From Plasmodiophora brassicae (lineage: Eukaryota), in contig CP145428.1 in assembly GCA_036867785.1 (NCBI GenBank), positions 310,001-374,000 of the forward strand: DNA of 64,000 nt, given 5' to 3'. The translations under genes and the position numbers were made by a program. This document shows, in pieces, positions 1 to 12,598 of this stretch. Below the pieces are notes generated by a model. It was not told where the DNA came from, did not search any database, and worked only from the letters and a program-made list of their open reading frames with translations. The stretch's first letter is position 1. Each line of letters begins with the position of its first letter.

Positions 1-792
1 CGTTGCCCGACAACGAAACGCCTGAGATACGTACAATATCATTTGCCCTGCCAGTTTGACGGATACGAACGTGCGGCGCGGCCCTAGAGGGAGGTGTGAT
101 TGTTCGAACCATAAACAGGGCGAGGAACTCGTTGATGTCAGGCGTTATAGTTTAGCGGACAGCACATGCCTTGCATGGACCAGATGCGGCAAAGGCGCCT
201 CTCGATGTCGCGTGTCGCCGCCGGATCATGTACCTACTGCTGGCGCCGACGCATCGCGTCCTGTTCCTGACAGGACGCGCGGAAGTAATCAAGAATTACG
301 CGCGCGGCCAACTCATGGTTGATCATGCGTTGCCGCATATTCGATTCCTGCCTCGCCGCCCTGGCTTCATCGACGACCTAATTGCGCAGGTCTGCTGGAC
401 AGGGAGATGCCAGGTGATGCCATCCCAAGGTTCACCGGCAGCACCCATAAGCGCATCGCTTGGCCTTGCAGAACGCATTGGCTCGCGGCTGCCGTACGTC
501 CTTCCGTAATGACGCGCATGTGAGTCCTGCGGCGGAACCGGAACAGTTGAGGCCCCTCTCGGCCGCATTTGCCGTCATTGTCACGTCACCCGCGCGCAGG
601 CCATGCATAGGCACGGCAACCACATCGTCCGGTATAACGTGTCATGGCGCCCATTGACGTATACGCTCAGAATTTATCGATCTGCAGTGCAGCGCCCGAC
701 GCGACGCCAGGTTCAAACTACGAAACCGAGGCAGCGTTTGACACATTGCCGTCCTGGTCAAATGGAGTTTCTTGACCTTGTATCCAATCCGT

Positions 793-1030
793 TCATACAG
801 CGAAGGATCGCGTGGAGACCCGCGGTGTGCTGAGCATGTCCAACTCTTGCCGGCGCTCCTTGAACTCTTCCCATAGTTCCAACATGCCCGGCTCCTGCAG
901 AAACCTGGGGAAACGTCATTGCTCAGCAGATCGATGACCTCTTTGTACACAGGATTGAACAGGTCCATGCCGTCCTCCAACGTGCTGGCATTGGCCGTTT
1001 CTTGGTCCGGACTGCCTTCGCGGGGTCGTC
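793..1030 (-). pseudogene. Frameshifted RGS-domain C-terminal remnant
   Basis: Minus strand reads EGSPDQE...MDLFNPVYKEVIDLLSNDV, then after a 1-nt shift at ~905-912 (F)PRFLQEPGMLELWEEFKERRQELDMLS...*. This matches the RGS terminal helices (LFxxxxxEVxxLLxxDxFPRFL). No intact upstream RGS core was found. Confidence 0.55.
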
Positions 1031-2319
1031 GGAGGCACAGGCCACCTGCGTACATACTGTAGGTACCTACTGCGTTGGCACGTGGTTGTGGGCACGCACC
1101 CAACTGCAGCACAGTCAGACGAGGCAGGAGGCAGGGCCCGGTTTTTGTGTCCAGAGCGCCCCTGACGTGACGTACGGACACCGCCCCGTTCTGACCACAC
1201 GGTCGGCTGCACCGTTGTCGGCATATTGCTCTTGTGTGTCGTCGCGCTGGCGTGATGGTCGCGCGACACAAGTTCATGTGCAGCCCTGACGGGACCAGGT
1301 TGCTGTTCTGCGAGTACTGCGGTTATGCACCGCCGCAGGGGCAACAGGCCGACGCCGATCACATTGAATGCCCGACAGGGGACGTCGTGCAAGCGGCGCC
1401 GGCGCATGAGCCGTTCGACATCCTTCGTGAGAAAATCGGTGCAGTCCCTGAATTGTTGTCCGACTGATGACGTAGACCAGGTGCTGTTCGCGCCGTGGCG
1501 GTCGTCGTCACGTTGTGCGTCATCATCCTGGACGTGGTGGCAGGCGCTGTTGGCGTGGCGACCGCGCAAGGTCAAGAGAAGCTGAGGTCCTACGCGGACC
1601 TAATTTCTGCAATGTGGGATGCTCGCACCTTTGCGGTGATATATTACTTTATGCAACGTTAGCAATACAACAAGTAATACCGCCATTTGGAATACCCGCA
1701 TGGTCGCGGTGATTTATTTCTTTGTGTACAGCTAGTGATTCGGTTTACCCCGGTGTCTGCAGAAAGACACGGTTCGTTAACTCTCAGACACACCTGACAA
1801 CGGTAGTATGAGCAGAGCACCATATCGGTACACGATAGCAACCATTCGGCCTGCATTCGTCTGCAGGCAGTTCTGTGTCCGGCCCGCCTGCCCGCAACTC
1901 GTGTATCCGCCTAAAGCCATTCAGTATCCGTTTATCAACCTTTGCTGTTCTGGCAAGCGCTGGGCCTTGCGATCTCGAATACCGCGACGTAGCGATTGTC
2001 GCGTCACGCCATCGTTCTAATCGACGCCCAGTCGAAATTGTGGCCTTCGGCAAGATGTTGTTCAGTTCGCCGCTGCTAGCTGCCGCTAACTGGTTCCGTT
2101 CAATTTCCTCCCTAGGTGTGCTTCACGTGAAAGTGGCGACAATAGTCGAGATATGAGCACAACGAATCGCTCCATCATCGGCGTACGCTGCTCGTTCGAA
2201 GATGATGCGACGGTAGCTGCAGGCCGACGAAAACGACATCTACAGCCAATGGTGGGCGGCCGTCGACCGTTCGGCCGGCTCTGACCAGACGGCGTCGGTG
2301 CCCAAAACGCAAGCCTGTA

Positions 2320-2341
2320 GGGGGGGGGGGGGGGGGGGGGG
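2320..2341 (+). repeat. Poly-G homopolymer (22 G)
   Basis: Directly visible run of G. Confidence 0.95.
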
Positions 2342-2401
2342 TGACGTAATGGTGATTTAGCAGCAACGCAGCATACAGCAGACCTGCACCTGGGACAGGA
2401 T

Positions 2402-3490
2402 TTGCTGCACGTTCCTGATGGGTCCGCCCCGTTTGCCGCCAACATCCTGCCGGCACCGTCGGTGTCCCCGTCGACAACGGCCCTCATCGACATTGGCGCC
2501 CATTTCAAACGCGTTCGTAACGTCGAGGTCACGCAGGGCATCCTTGAGGACCGTCCGGACGTTCACATCGTCATCTTCTACGACGAAGCGTCGAGCCCAC
2601 CTCGGGCGCTGGTTCGGCACAGCGGCGACGTCGACGACCGCCCCCTGCCGGTGACGGACGCGGCCACGATCCAGTCCTTGATGGGTCACTCTCCGATCGA
2701 CACGACAGCCGCCTTCACGTACTACGTACGGTCATCGACATACCACCGGGTCCCATAGCCCACAGCGGTTCGATGCCAGCGGCGTCGCCACTGTCAGCGC
2801 CGTCACGTCCCTTCGGGACGTCCTCCAGGGTGTCATGCGCGTTCCTCACCACACAGACGGTCCCGTTCGTGGCCTTTGCTGGTGTCGCCGGCCTCACCGC
2901 GCGGCTTCTACACGCCCGACGGGCCCAGTTCCAGCAGGAAAGCAAGCAGAACCTGCAGAGCGTGTTCCAGAAGGTCGACGGCGTCGTGCGGGCCGTGCCC
3001 AGCGCCGTCGGTGGTGACGACGACGCCGACGACGCCGCCCCGCCATTGTTTCGTGGATCGCAGGTCGAGACCTTCCATGATTTGGCCGTCCACGAGGATG
3101 CCGTGTTGACCATGCGGCAGCTCCTGGTCGCGACGCTCTGCTGAACAGTGCTGATGTGGCCGCGATCGTCTCGGATGACGAGCGAGACGCGCTTCGGGAC
3201 GCGATTTGGTTCCATTCGTCGACGGGTCCCCGTTGCTTGACGAGCAGTGTCCCGACAATATACCGTCCGATGCGGGCCGCGAACAGGTCCAGGAGTAGCA
3301 ACAGGAGCACGAGCACGAGCGCGAGCAAGAAACGGAGCAGGTCTGTCGTTCGGCGGATTGTGATGCTCCGTGGCGAAGGGCTGACATTGTGGAATGTGGA
3401 AAGGAGGTTCACGTTAACGCGTACCACCCGGAACCCGAGGAGACGCCCCTATGGAGATATGATACTCTCACTCGAGACTGGGCGCAAGTA
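2402..3490 (+). pseudogene. Degenerate spliced coding region of unknown family
   Basis: Protein-like segments (2402-2730, 2840-3140, 3156-3240), then an EQVQE*QQEHEHEREQETEQ tract with an in-frame stop and frame changes. Confidence 0.3.
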
Positions 3491-3726
3491 GGGTGTAAGC
3501 CAAGTCTATACTGCCAGCAAATGCAGGAGGCCGATTCACTCGCAGACGCCATCACTCTCACTTATCTAAGCAGCAGGTGTGCTGGGAACGCGAGGCATCA
3601 GCGTTGTGGTATATACTCCTACGTACGCGTCTAGCATGGATAGAATGACAATCAGAGGCGGACAACCTAGAAGCAGACTGGAATGCAAACGATGGCGGCG
3701 AATCTGCAAGGTCGTCGTGTACTGAC

Positions 3727-4820
3727 CTAGAGAGCGAGCAAAGCGCCGACCGCGACAACAATAGTACGGGCCACTGCACTCGTCCTGTCGATCAGTGTCG
3801 CTCCTGACGTACGCGACGTTGGTGCTGGGGACGGAGACGTTCCAGGTACTGCTTGTCCGGATCGATACCCGTTGCTGTCGTACGTCTGACAGGCTTGCCA
3901 ATCAGCGCCCAGGTTGCACGCTTTGATGATGCCCTCGAAACCCTGCCCGTTCGTGGTCGCACACGCCGTAGCGACTGACGAGATGACGGGACAGTCACCC
4001 GAACCGGCATCGGTGTACTCAGCGGCGAACACGGGCTTGCCCGCCTGAATGAACGGCGCGTACTGTTCACAGCTGCCCGGGGATTCGGCGCAGGACTCGA
4101 CGACAACGAACTCGAACATGGGCACCAGGTACGTTGTAGGGCGTGACCAGGTCGCCACAGTTCTTCAGGCCAACCGCCATGCCCAGATCGTGCACCGACG
4201 CTGCGACCCAGCTCATGTAGTCCATGGCGTCGTTAACGGTCAAGCCGAATCCGTTGGAGAACGAGTAGCTATCCAGGTTGTCGGGTTCGATGGCGTGGCA
4301 CCCGTACGATGCCATGCGCTGGAGCCGTGCTTTGACCAGCGCTCGCGTCTCGTTGCGTCGAATGTCGAGGAAGAACTCTCCAGGCTAGCCCCGATACGCG
4401 GCGCCAACGATCGTGGGCGTTACCGTGTCCAGGGAACCCACTGACGCCGACCGTATCAGACCAGCGCAATGGTTAGCAACGACGTCCCTCGTTAGACGAC
4501 CATACCGTTGACGTAGCAAATAATGTACCGGTTATTGGCGCGCAGAGCGCTCATCAGCGCGGGGATGTTACTCGGAGCGAGTTGTTCATGGTTAACGTCC
4601 CAGACGGGCACGTTGGACGTCGCCACATTCGGCACAGTCTTGAAGGCTAGCTCCCACTACAGCAAGTCATGCGCGCGTCAGCCAACGTTACTCTGGGATA
4701 AACCAGTGCACCTGCCTGCCAGCCCATGCCCACCTGCGGCCGGGTCCACGTCGTATTGGCGACTATTGTCCCATACAACCCTGTTACCGTTGCCAACGCC
4801 AGTGCTCTCGTGATGCCCAT
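3727..4820 (-). pseudogene. GH114 endo-alpha-1,4-polygalactosaminidase (Ega3-like), secreted, probably GPI-anchored; disrupted
   Basis: Signal peptide MGITRALALATVTGLYG; WTRPQVGMGWQ|WEL; IICYVN|VGS; G*PGEFFLDIR with TAG at 4385-4387 replacing the conserved Trp; EPDNLD; GLKN; frameshift near 4125-4135; ESC..CEQYAPFIQAGKPVFAAEY; S/T/P linker and hydrophobic C-terminus. Confidence 0.8.
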
Positions 4821-5061
4821 CACGCCAAGCAGTCAGTCAGCGGCAGCGCGTCTTCAACTGTAGTATAAGAGATGGGCCAGTTTAGGTTTTCCGCCCTGCC
4901 CCGCTGGAGGCGGGACATCAGTGACGTCTTGATATGACCTTGGACGATTGCAGTAGGGGCACTTTCGCAGATTGGCAGTCAACCAGACGGCCCAATGTCA
5001 TGCCACCTCGTTTTTTGCTGGGTCGTGGTTTGGCCCGCCGGGGCGGAGTTTCAAAGTCCAG

Positions 5062-5917
5062 ATGGCGACAGGGATGGCGCCGCCGACGCTCGCCGTGGTC
5101 GTCCTGCTGATCGGGGCGGCCGGCGCGTTCCAGTTCGAAGTGCAGCCATCGCGCACGAGATGTATTGGGTTCGGACGTATCGTTCGGGTGCCTGTGCGTG
5201 CGCGCCCGCTGACTCGTGCGTGTGTCCGCCTGCGCTTACAGCGAGGATATGCCCAAGGGCGACGTGCTGCGCATGAAGTACAAAGTGTCGCCGCCGCAGG
5301 CGGGCGTCATCAACATGATCCTGACGGACCCGTTCCAGAAGGAGCTGACGCAGAAAGTCGGCGAACCGGAATCGTCCGTCGTCGTAACGAGTCGGCGTCG
5401 CTGCGTCTGGTTCCCGTTCGGGGCACTGACGGATCCGCTGTCCAGGTCAGGTCGCGGGCGAACACCGCGCCTGCTTCTTCAACGTTGGCGCCATTCCCGT
5501 CACACTCGACCTGACCATGAGCGCCGGCGCCAGCGCCAAAGATTACGACGCCATCGCCAAGGTCGGCGCCATGTCGCTCCTTCAGGCCGCACCGCTATTG
5601 ACCGAGTAGCGCGCGCAGAAGGAGAACCTTAAGCCGCTGGAGCTGGAGCTGCGCCGCCTGGAGGACCTGGTCGTGTCGGTGCACTCGGAGATGCAGTACA
5701 TGCGCACCCGGGAGCAGGCGCACCGGAACACGAACGGTACACACTCGCACGCGCATCGCATTTGGGTGCACACTGTGTGACCGGGTCCCGCTGCATAGAG
5801 TCGACCAACGGTCGCGTCCTGTACTTCAGCCTGTTCTCGATGGGCATCCTCGTGTTCCTCGGCACCTGGCAACTGTACTACCTGCACAAGTTCTTCAAGA
5901 CGAAGAAGATGCTGTAG
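5062..5917 (+). CDS. TMED10: p24/emp24/gp25L family cargo receptor, delta subfamily (multi-exon)
   Basis: Signal peptide, GOLD domain, [12 protein letters not shown] coiled coil, MRTRE..RNTNESTNGRV, TM helix, C-terminal FFKTKKML dilysine motif. Confidence 0.9.
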
Positions 5918-6021
5918 GGCCTCGGGGGCCCCACCCCCCGTCCCTGCCGCATTTCACTAGACGCGTGTTGTACCCCGTTCCAATTCGTGGGCTGATGTAT
6001 CCTAGAGCATTACCTGGGCGA

Positions 6022-6771
6022 TTACTGGCCGCCCTCGACGTCGGAGTTACTGTCGGACGACGGCGTGGCGCCGTCCTCACCCATCTCGACGTCGACCTCG
6101 TCGTTCTTGCTGCAAGGCACGTCGTCGTTGCAGACAGCGCGTTTCACGTACGGGCCGATCCAGACGACGGCCGCGAACGCGACCAGGGACGTCAGGACGG
6201 ATGCGACCAGGAACCCGTAGGAGCGCACGGATCGGAACGTCAGCATCGGGTAGACCTTCTTGCCGGTCAGGAAGGTCCAGGCGGCAGAGAACGGGATGTA
6301 GAGCGCCACGATGGTCGGGAAGTAGAATTCCTTGATGACGAAGAGCGTCTCGCAGAGGAGGAAGTCGGCGACGAGGAACAGGAGCGTGACGCCGTGGTCG
6401 ATGACGTTCCGGACCAGCATGATCTGGGACAGGCGTCCCGCGGGGATGAACGGATGGACGAACAGCCAGTAGATCAGGGTGACCATGATCGCGTTCGGCA
6501 GACAGACCTGGCTCATGATATGCGCGGCGCGGGCGCCGCGCGCCGAGTCGCGGTACGTGGCGACGGCGGCGACCGTGAAGTACGCAAAGTTGAGGACGGC
6601 GACCCAGTTGGTCAGGAACACAAAGTACGGCAGGCGGTCGGCGGTGCTGACGCCCAGGACGATGGTCGACAGCAGGAATGCGGACCCGAACATGCGGTAG
6701 TACGCCAGGTGCCGTTGCGACACGGACGCGATCGGCTGGATCGCCGCAGGGCGGCCGACGTGTACCCCCAT
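6022..6771 (-). CDS. FAR-17a/AIG1 / rolling-stone-like multipass membrane protein
   Basis: Single ORF with about 6 hydrophobic helices and motifs YFVFLTNW, IYW, DHG, YPML. Confidence 0.7.
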   Translation of the reverse strand: MGVHVGRPAAIQPIASVSQRHLAYYRMFGSAFLLSTIVLGVSTADRLPYFVFLTNWVAVLNFAYFTVAAVATYRDSARGARAAHIMSQVCLPNAIMVTLIYWLFVHPFIPAGRLSQIMLVRNVIDHGVTLLFLVADFLLCETLFVIKEFYFPTIVALYIPFSAAWTFLTGKKVYPMLTFRSVRSYGFLVASVLTSLVAFAAVVWIGPYVKRAVCNDDVPCSKNDEVDVEMGEDGATPSSDSNSDVEGGQ

Positions 6772-7018
6772 GACGCGTTCGCACAAGACAGCCCGCTGTC
6801 AACACCGCCGATGCGTCGACGACGTGCCCCGAATGCGGTGTCGACGTTTCACGGAGTCCGCGCCCCCCGGACCAGTCGGGTCGACGCCAAAAATAACCCC
6901 GCATTCTCCGCCCGCAGGCCGCAACGGGGGGTTGACGGGTTAACCATCAACCCTGGGGGGCGGCGGCGGCGTTTCTGACCTGATGATCGTCGGCTGCTAT
7001 ACCAGGTATATACTACAG

Positions 7019-8656
7019 GTCCAAGCACGCAGTCACAGCGAGGCCGAGGGCGGATGGTGGTCGACGGCGCCGACGTGCGCGTCTGACCATGCCGAACAGG
7101 AGGTCCACGTACCTGGAGGGCCTCGACGAGCCGTCCAGGAATGAACTCCTCGATATGGCCATTCGTCTGCAACAGGTTCGGTTGTGCCCGTCGGTTGAGG
7201 CACGTACACGGCGCCTCAACCTGCCTGTACTGTAGTCACCATCGCGAGTCTCCGTAGACCTGTCCCAAAGCTCGGACGACGGTAGCAGTAACGCGCATGG
7301 CGACATTCGATCGGGATCGTTATACATGAAGAACATCTGGTTCGTCTGTAGTAAACCCCCGTCACATCACGCCAGTAACGTCAATCACGCAGGCAACTCC
7401 GCCACCGTGTCAACGCGTTGGCAATGGAGCTGAGCACCGTCAAGGAGTTGCTGGCGGAAGCCGACCAGGCCAAGTCGAAGCTGACCGAGGAGCTCCAGGA
7501 CGAGCGCCGCCAGCACCAGGCGCAGGTCTGCCGCTTGGCGGCTCAGATTGAGGAACTGATCAGCGCTGTCGACACCGCCAAGGTGCGCGTTACCGTTTCC
7601 AGTCTGCCTTCAAACTAACTGGCACGCGCATGCACGCGCAGGCGCAAGCCAGATCTGCGGACGACGCGTCGTCCCGTTACGAGACCGACCTGCACGACGT
7701 CACCGAATCCAACAGGAACCTGAGAGGGTTGCTGGCCACCGAGCTCCGCAACTGGGATCGTCCCGGACCGCCACCACCAACCGCCTGGCAGCGCCTTGCA
7801 ACTCCCGAAGTCGTGGCCGCCTCGGAACCGCCACCACGATTCCCGGTCCCGCTCCCTGTCCCGTTCACAGCCGCCCAGTTCCGCTCCATGCAGGTCTGCA
7901 CGATGGTTGGCAAAGCGACGTGGACTGACTTATCGAACAGCTGAGCGTCAAGCAACTAACCGGGGAGCGGGACCAGCTTCGAGATCGGGTGCTGGACCTG
8001 CAGAATCGGCTCGAAGACGCACAGAAGGCGGCCTCCGAACAAACGAAGCAGTTCGACGAAGAAAGGGCGAAGACGAACACCCACTTGACCGGCGCGGTTA
8101 GCCGATTGCGGATGCCCCAGTTGCAAGGATGCTAACCAGGGCGGAGGGTACAGGTGCGACGAATACAGTACCTGCTGACGGAACAGGAGAAATCGCAGGC
8201 GGACGCCCGTTCCACAGCGGAATACGTGGCCAGGCTCGAGAAGAGCCTGCTGAGGCAGCATGACGAGTTGCAGAAGGTCAGGGGGCGGAGACAGCGTCAA
8301 CCTCGCCAGGCAAAGGTGCAGCAACGTCGTCTGCAATCGCACGATGCTAACCGTTACCGTAGAAACCAACGCCCAGCATTCGTCCCTCACAAGAGGACGA
8401 GTGTTCTTCTGCGGACCGAAGGGTGGACGTGTCGCCGGAGCCGGCACAGTCTGTCAGTGACCCAGTAGAAGTCTCAAGGCAAACGGTCGCAGACGCCTCC
8501 ACGTACGCGTCAAGATCTCCATCCGCGACACAGAGCGAGCGCCGTTATGACGATCGGCAGGACATGTTCGGTGTCAGACGCCAGGTGCCATTATGGCCGG
8601 ATAAATCGCTAAGCGAACTCGTCCGCGACGCCCTTGACAAGGAGGACGCCGACTAG
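7019..8656 (+). CDS. Multi-exon coiled-coil protein, function unknown (start uncertain)
   Basis: Heptad-rich exons (ELSTVKELLAEADQAKSKLTEELQDE; IQYLLTEQEKSQ..YVARLEKSLL) separated by GT-AG introns; TAG at 8654-8656. Confidence 0.55.
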
Positions 8657-9014
8657 GCCCCGAACCTGCGGAAATCACCCTCATCATTTATACCTACGAT
8701 TCAAAACTAGTACTTTATACAATTGACCGAAATGGAGCGCGCAGGAATCGTCTGCCCAGTTGCTGCAGCGTATGGGACAGAACTAAATGGCCAGCAAGTG
8801 CCGATACAGTGGAAACGACGGATGACCTATCGGTTCATTGGTCAGCCGTACCACAAATCATTCGCCAGGTCCTCGAACCCTCGTCGGTGACCGTGTATTA
8901 CGCTCGGTCGGGGACGTTCACGTGAGATCGGCTCAAATACAGGGCCTGCCTAGAATGTGGGTACGGTCTGGACGATCCAACGGCGCGGTCATACCCGTAT
9001 TATCCCGATCGTTG

Positions 9015-10968
9015 ATGAAGAAAAGGTCGTCCTCCCAGCGATGCTGCCGGATGGTATTTCTCAGGCGGCAGCGTCTGGAGTGCTTACAGCGCTCCGTTCT
9101 TGCCGCGGTCCACGACGATGACGACCTGATCGAGCTCGCAGGACGAATGCGGCACTTGCGAGTGCCGGCGCGCAAGGTGGTATACGCGCCCGGCGACGAC
9201 GCCAAGTTCGTCGCGTTCGTCGAAAGCGGCGAATTCGAACACTTCAGCACGGACGAGTCCGTCCTTGGAACAGCCACGCCTGGCGATATCGTCGGGTGCG
9301 AAGCAGTGGAACGCAACGCGAAACGAGTCACTGGTCTGCGATCGACAGCGACCGGCGGCTCCCTGTTCATCGTGAGCGTCAACGAACTGGAAACCCTGAT
9401 CAAGGGATTCCAGGAGCAGGCGCCGGGCCAGCCGATCGCCATAGCGGAATACCTGAGAACGGCCAAGGCGCCCGAGGACGTCCTTGGCAGCACGCCGTTG
9501 TTCAACGGGCTGACCAGGAACCACATGGCCGTGATCGCCTTCGCAATGAAGTACCGGGGCGTCCCGCGCGGCACCGTCGTCCTTCGCGAGGGCGACGACG
9601 GCGACTCCATGTTCGTCGTGCAGAGCGGCGCGCTGGAGGCCGTTACCGGCGACCGCACGTTGAACCGGTTCGCACGCGGCGACTACTTTGGCGAGCTCGC
9701 CCTGCTCCTGCAGATGCCGCGCACCGCCGACGTCGTCGCCGTCGAACCCGCCATCGTCCTCGAGCTCCGCAAGGTCGACCTCGACCGTATCCTCGGTAAC
9801 AACGAACCCAGTTTCCAGCATGCTACAGTGCCGGGTGCATGATCCTGTCGAGGACATCTGACATGCGCGTGTGCAGGCCACGACGAGAACCTGCAGAGGG
9901 AGATTGGGCAGCGGATCGCGGAGAGGGTGGCGAGTCAGTTCCGGCGGTACCGGAGCCCGTTCTTCGAGGCGCTGTCGAACGAGTCGCTGGTGCGCCTGGC
10001 GGCGCTGAGCCGGATCCGGATTGTGCCGGCGGGCAAGACCGTGTTCCGGCTGGGGGATATCGCGGACGCCTTCTTCATGATCGTCCATGGCGATGTGACC
10101 TTGAGTATGCCTGGCGACCGTGACGTCCAGATCATCAGGCTGACAGCCGGGTCGTACTTTGGTGAAATTGGCCTTCTCGATGATGCCGTGCCGAAGAGGA
10201 CGAATACGGTGACAACAGTTACCCGTTGCGTGTTCATGACGCTCGACCGCGCCCACTTCCGGCGACTGTTCGCTGACCCGACCTGCGCTGAACCAGCGGC
10301 TGGCTGTGTTCTGCGCTTGCGAACGCATGCGGTGGGCGACGTGATCACCCTGTTCGACTGCATGCTGCACCCTGTCGGATATCGGCTGATCACAGCGTTC
10401 TGCACCCGGGCACGTACTGTGGAGAACGTCGAGTTCTGGATCGCTTGCGAACGTTATCGCCGTGCTGGGCATGACCTCCACCCACCGGTGGCCAGGGCGA
10501 TATGCGATCGGTTCCTGAACGCAAGTGCGCACGAGGAGGTCTTATCGGATGAAGCGGTCTGACTACCGCCAGCCTTAATCATTTGTATAGGTGAATGTTT
10601 CTGGTCCTGTTGTGACGGCCCTGAAGGCGGCCGTTGATGAAGGCGGGTCGCGAATCCACGCGAACATGTTCGAGGAGGCGAAATTGCAGATCGAGGCATT
10701 GATCGCTGGGCAAATTTATCCACCGTTCCTGAAATCTGACGAGTACTCCGCGTTCGAGGACCACGTGAACGCCAACGCCTACGTTCAGGTTGGCAGCTCA
10801 GCGAACGAAACCTGTGGCATGACGCCGCAGCCTTCACGAGAAGGAAACGGCGAAGCAGGGGACGTCCACGCAGCGGAAACGGAGACGTCGTCTGACCCAG
10901 CTGAAGCGCGGCAGGGAGGCGTTCCGGCTGTACTGGCGGGTTCGGCAGTAAAGTACACTGTCAAGTGA
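9015..10968 (+). CDS. Protein with three cyclic-nucleotide-binding (CNB) domains and a C-terminal RGS domain
   Basis: CNB cassettes VGCEAVERNAKRVTG (degenerate), FGELALLLQMPRTADV and FGEIGLLDDAVPKRTNTV; RGS signature HPVGYRLITAFC...ENVEFWIACERY...ICDRFL...EVNVS...MFEEAKLQIEALI...YPPFLKS; introns at ~9796-9878 and ~10540-10590. Confidence 0.85.
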
Positions 10969-11034
10969 TGTACGGGCGCGGTTCGCCGAGGCAATATCCC
11001 ATCAAACGCCAGTGTCGACCTCAACGCCTTCGCG

Positions 11035-12132
11035 GTGGGAGAGGTGCAGTCATATTACACAATGACCTGGGCCGTTAGGACACATACACGCGCACAATCC
11101 CGCCCAGACATGACTTGTTTCGATGCTCGCGCTGCTCGTCGTCACCGGCACCCGGTCACCGAACAGCCCCGAAAGTGCATATGGACCCGGCAGGAGGGAT
11201 TTAGCGGTTTGCGGGAGCGTCCCCTGGACAGCGACCCCTGCCCACCAACCGTACACGCTCAAGCACTCCTCCTTTGTCGTTCATGCTTTCTAAACATTCC
11301 ACAGCTGACCATGCCACCGGGTACGGGATGCAAGGCGATTTCATGGGAGGTATACGACAAATCCTGCACGCACGCCCATTCCGAACCTGTTGTCAGAGCA
11401 CCATCCGAAGGTTAGGACCCGGATGGTTTCGTTCCAGGACGCCTGAAACGTCGGCGTTATCGATGAATGCCCGCTCCTGATCAAGGCCGACAAGCAGGTA
11501 GCTGGGTGCGGCTGGAACCACTACGTTGCAATCGCACCGGTGAGATTGCAACCTGGATATCGCGGTGCGCCGGCCCGGGTAACCCGGTCGTGATCGACAA
11601 CCCGGTCGTACGTCCTTCCAAATTGGTTCAGCCTGCCGGCGCAAGCACGTTAGCTGTGGCCCCCCGGCCAAGTAGGATCTCGCTATGACGACGACACGTC
11701 ATGCGTTCCACGGGCGCCGGTGGCCGACGCAGTTGACGACGTCAACGCTGGCTGTGGCCAATAAATTAAGGTGGCGGTGGTGCCAGCTTCCAGGCGCGCG
11801 CTCCGCGTGTATAATGCACAACGCGAAGCTCAACGCGTTTGCGATGTACAGTATTGTCGGCAACTTTGCACCTACCAGGACTTGAACGTGTGCAACATGG
11901 TCGGGTTGTACTCGTCCGAGTCCACTATGCCCTGTTCGCATTGCTGCCATATCACAACGCCAGACTCGGCCGATCGAAAATTCCCATGTGGCAGCGGTTG
12001 CGGCACGTCCCCGCTGTCGACGATTGTCGCCGTTGCTTGTCTTCCGCAGGCGTCGGCGGCCCCAAGCGAACATGTCGGCAAACGGGCTTCCTCATGCAGA
12101 ACGCCTCATACGTAGCGGCGGCTGCCGTTTGA
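11035..12132 (+). other. Possible spliced or degenerate cysteine-rich coding region
   Basis: Cys-rich segments (GCKAISWEVYDKSC; LRCNRTG..RCAG; YCRQLC..VCN..PCSHCC..PCGSGCG) flanked by GT/AG. I could not assemble a single continuous frame. Confidence 0.3.
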
Positions 12133-12598
12133 GGTCGTGCATGCCGATAAAGGCTTCCCTTTCACTATCGATCTACCGTACGTGAGATACGTCCAGTGGA
12201 CAATCGATCGTGACGTCCGGGTCGGCTTCATGAACGATAGCGAACGACGGCATTCATAACCGACACGGTGGCTGCGTTTGCGATTGTCAGCACTGACGTA
12301 GCACGTTGTGCCGCCCATTATATTCGTCAGGCAACTTTCTAGTCCCGGCCTTCGGATTCTTGCGTCGGAGCAAACGGTTTAATTAATTTCTCCTAACACA
12401 GCCAGTGATCACTTGCCCGTCCTGACAAGATGTCGCTGCCAGGTTCCGCAAGAGCACGCACTTGATCGCCTGAGCCTGTCCATCACGTTCTGGTTTGAAG
12501 CCGTCTCCGCCGTCTGCCCCTGCATTTGCATTGACCAGTACGAGCAGCGGCGCCATTGAAACATTTGTGTAGTAATTGATGGCGGCATAATATAATGA

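Noticed and set aside
2320-2341. Poly-G as a functional G-quadruplex or poly-Pro coding tract
   Set aside because: No supporting context; homopolymer length is unreliable in assemblies.
9084-10532. Long antisense ORFs (also 5965-6978, 22104-23573, 28548-29759, 52726-53898)
   Set aside because: Shadow ORFs opposite real genes, produced by high GC3 codon bias; they are R/G/A/P-rich with no motifs.
10966-11070. Possible TGA read-through or selenocysteine extension of the CNB-RGS ORF (the frame stays open after the stop)
   Set aside because: No SECIS element or conservation evidence is visible, and open frames are common at this GC content.
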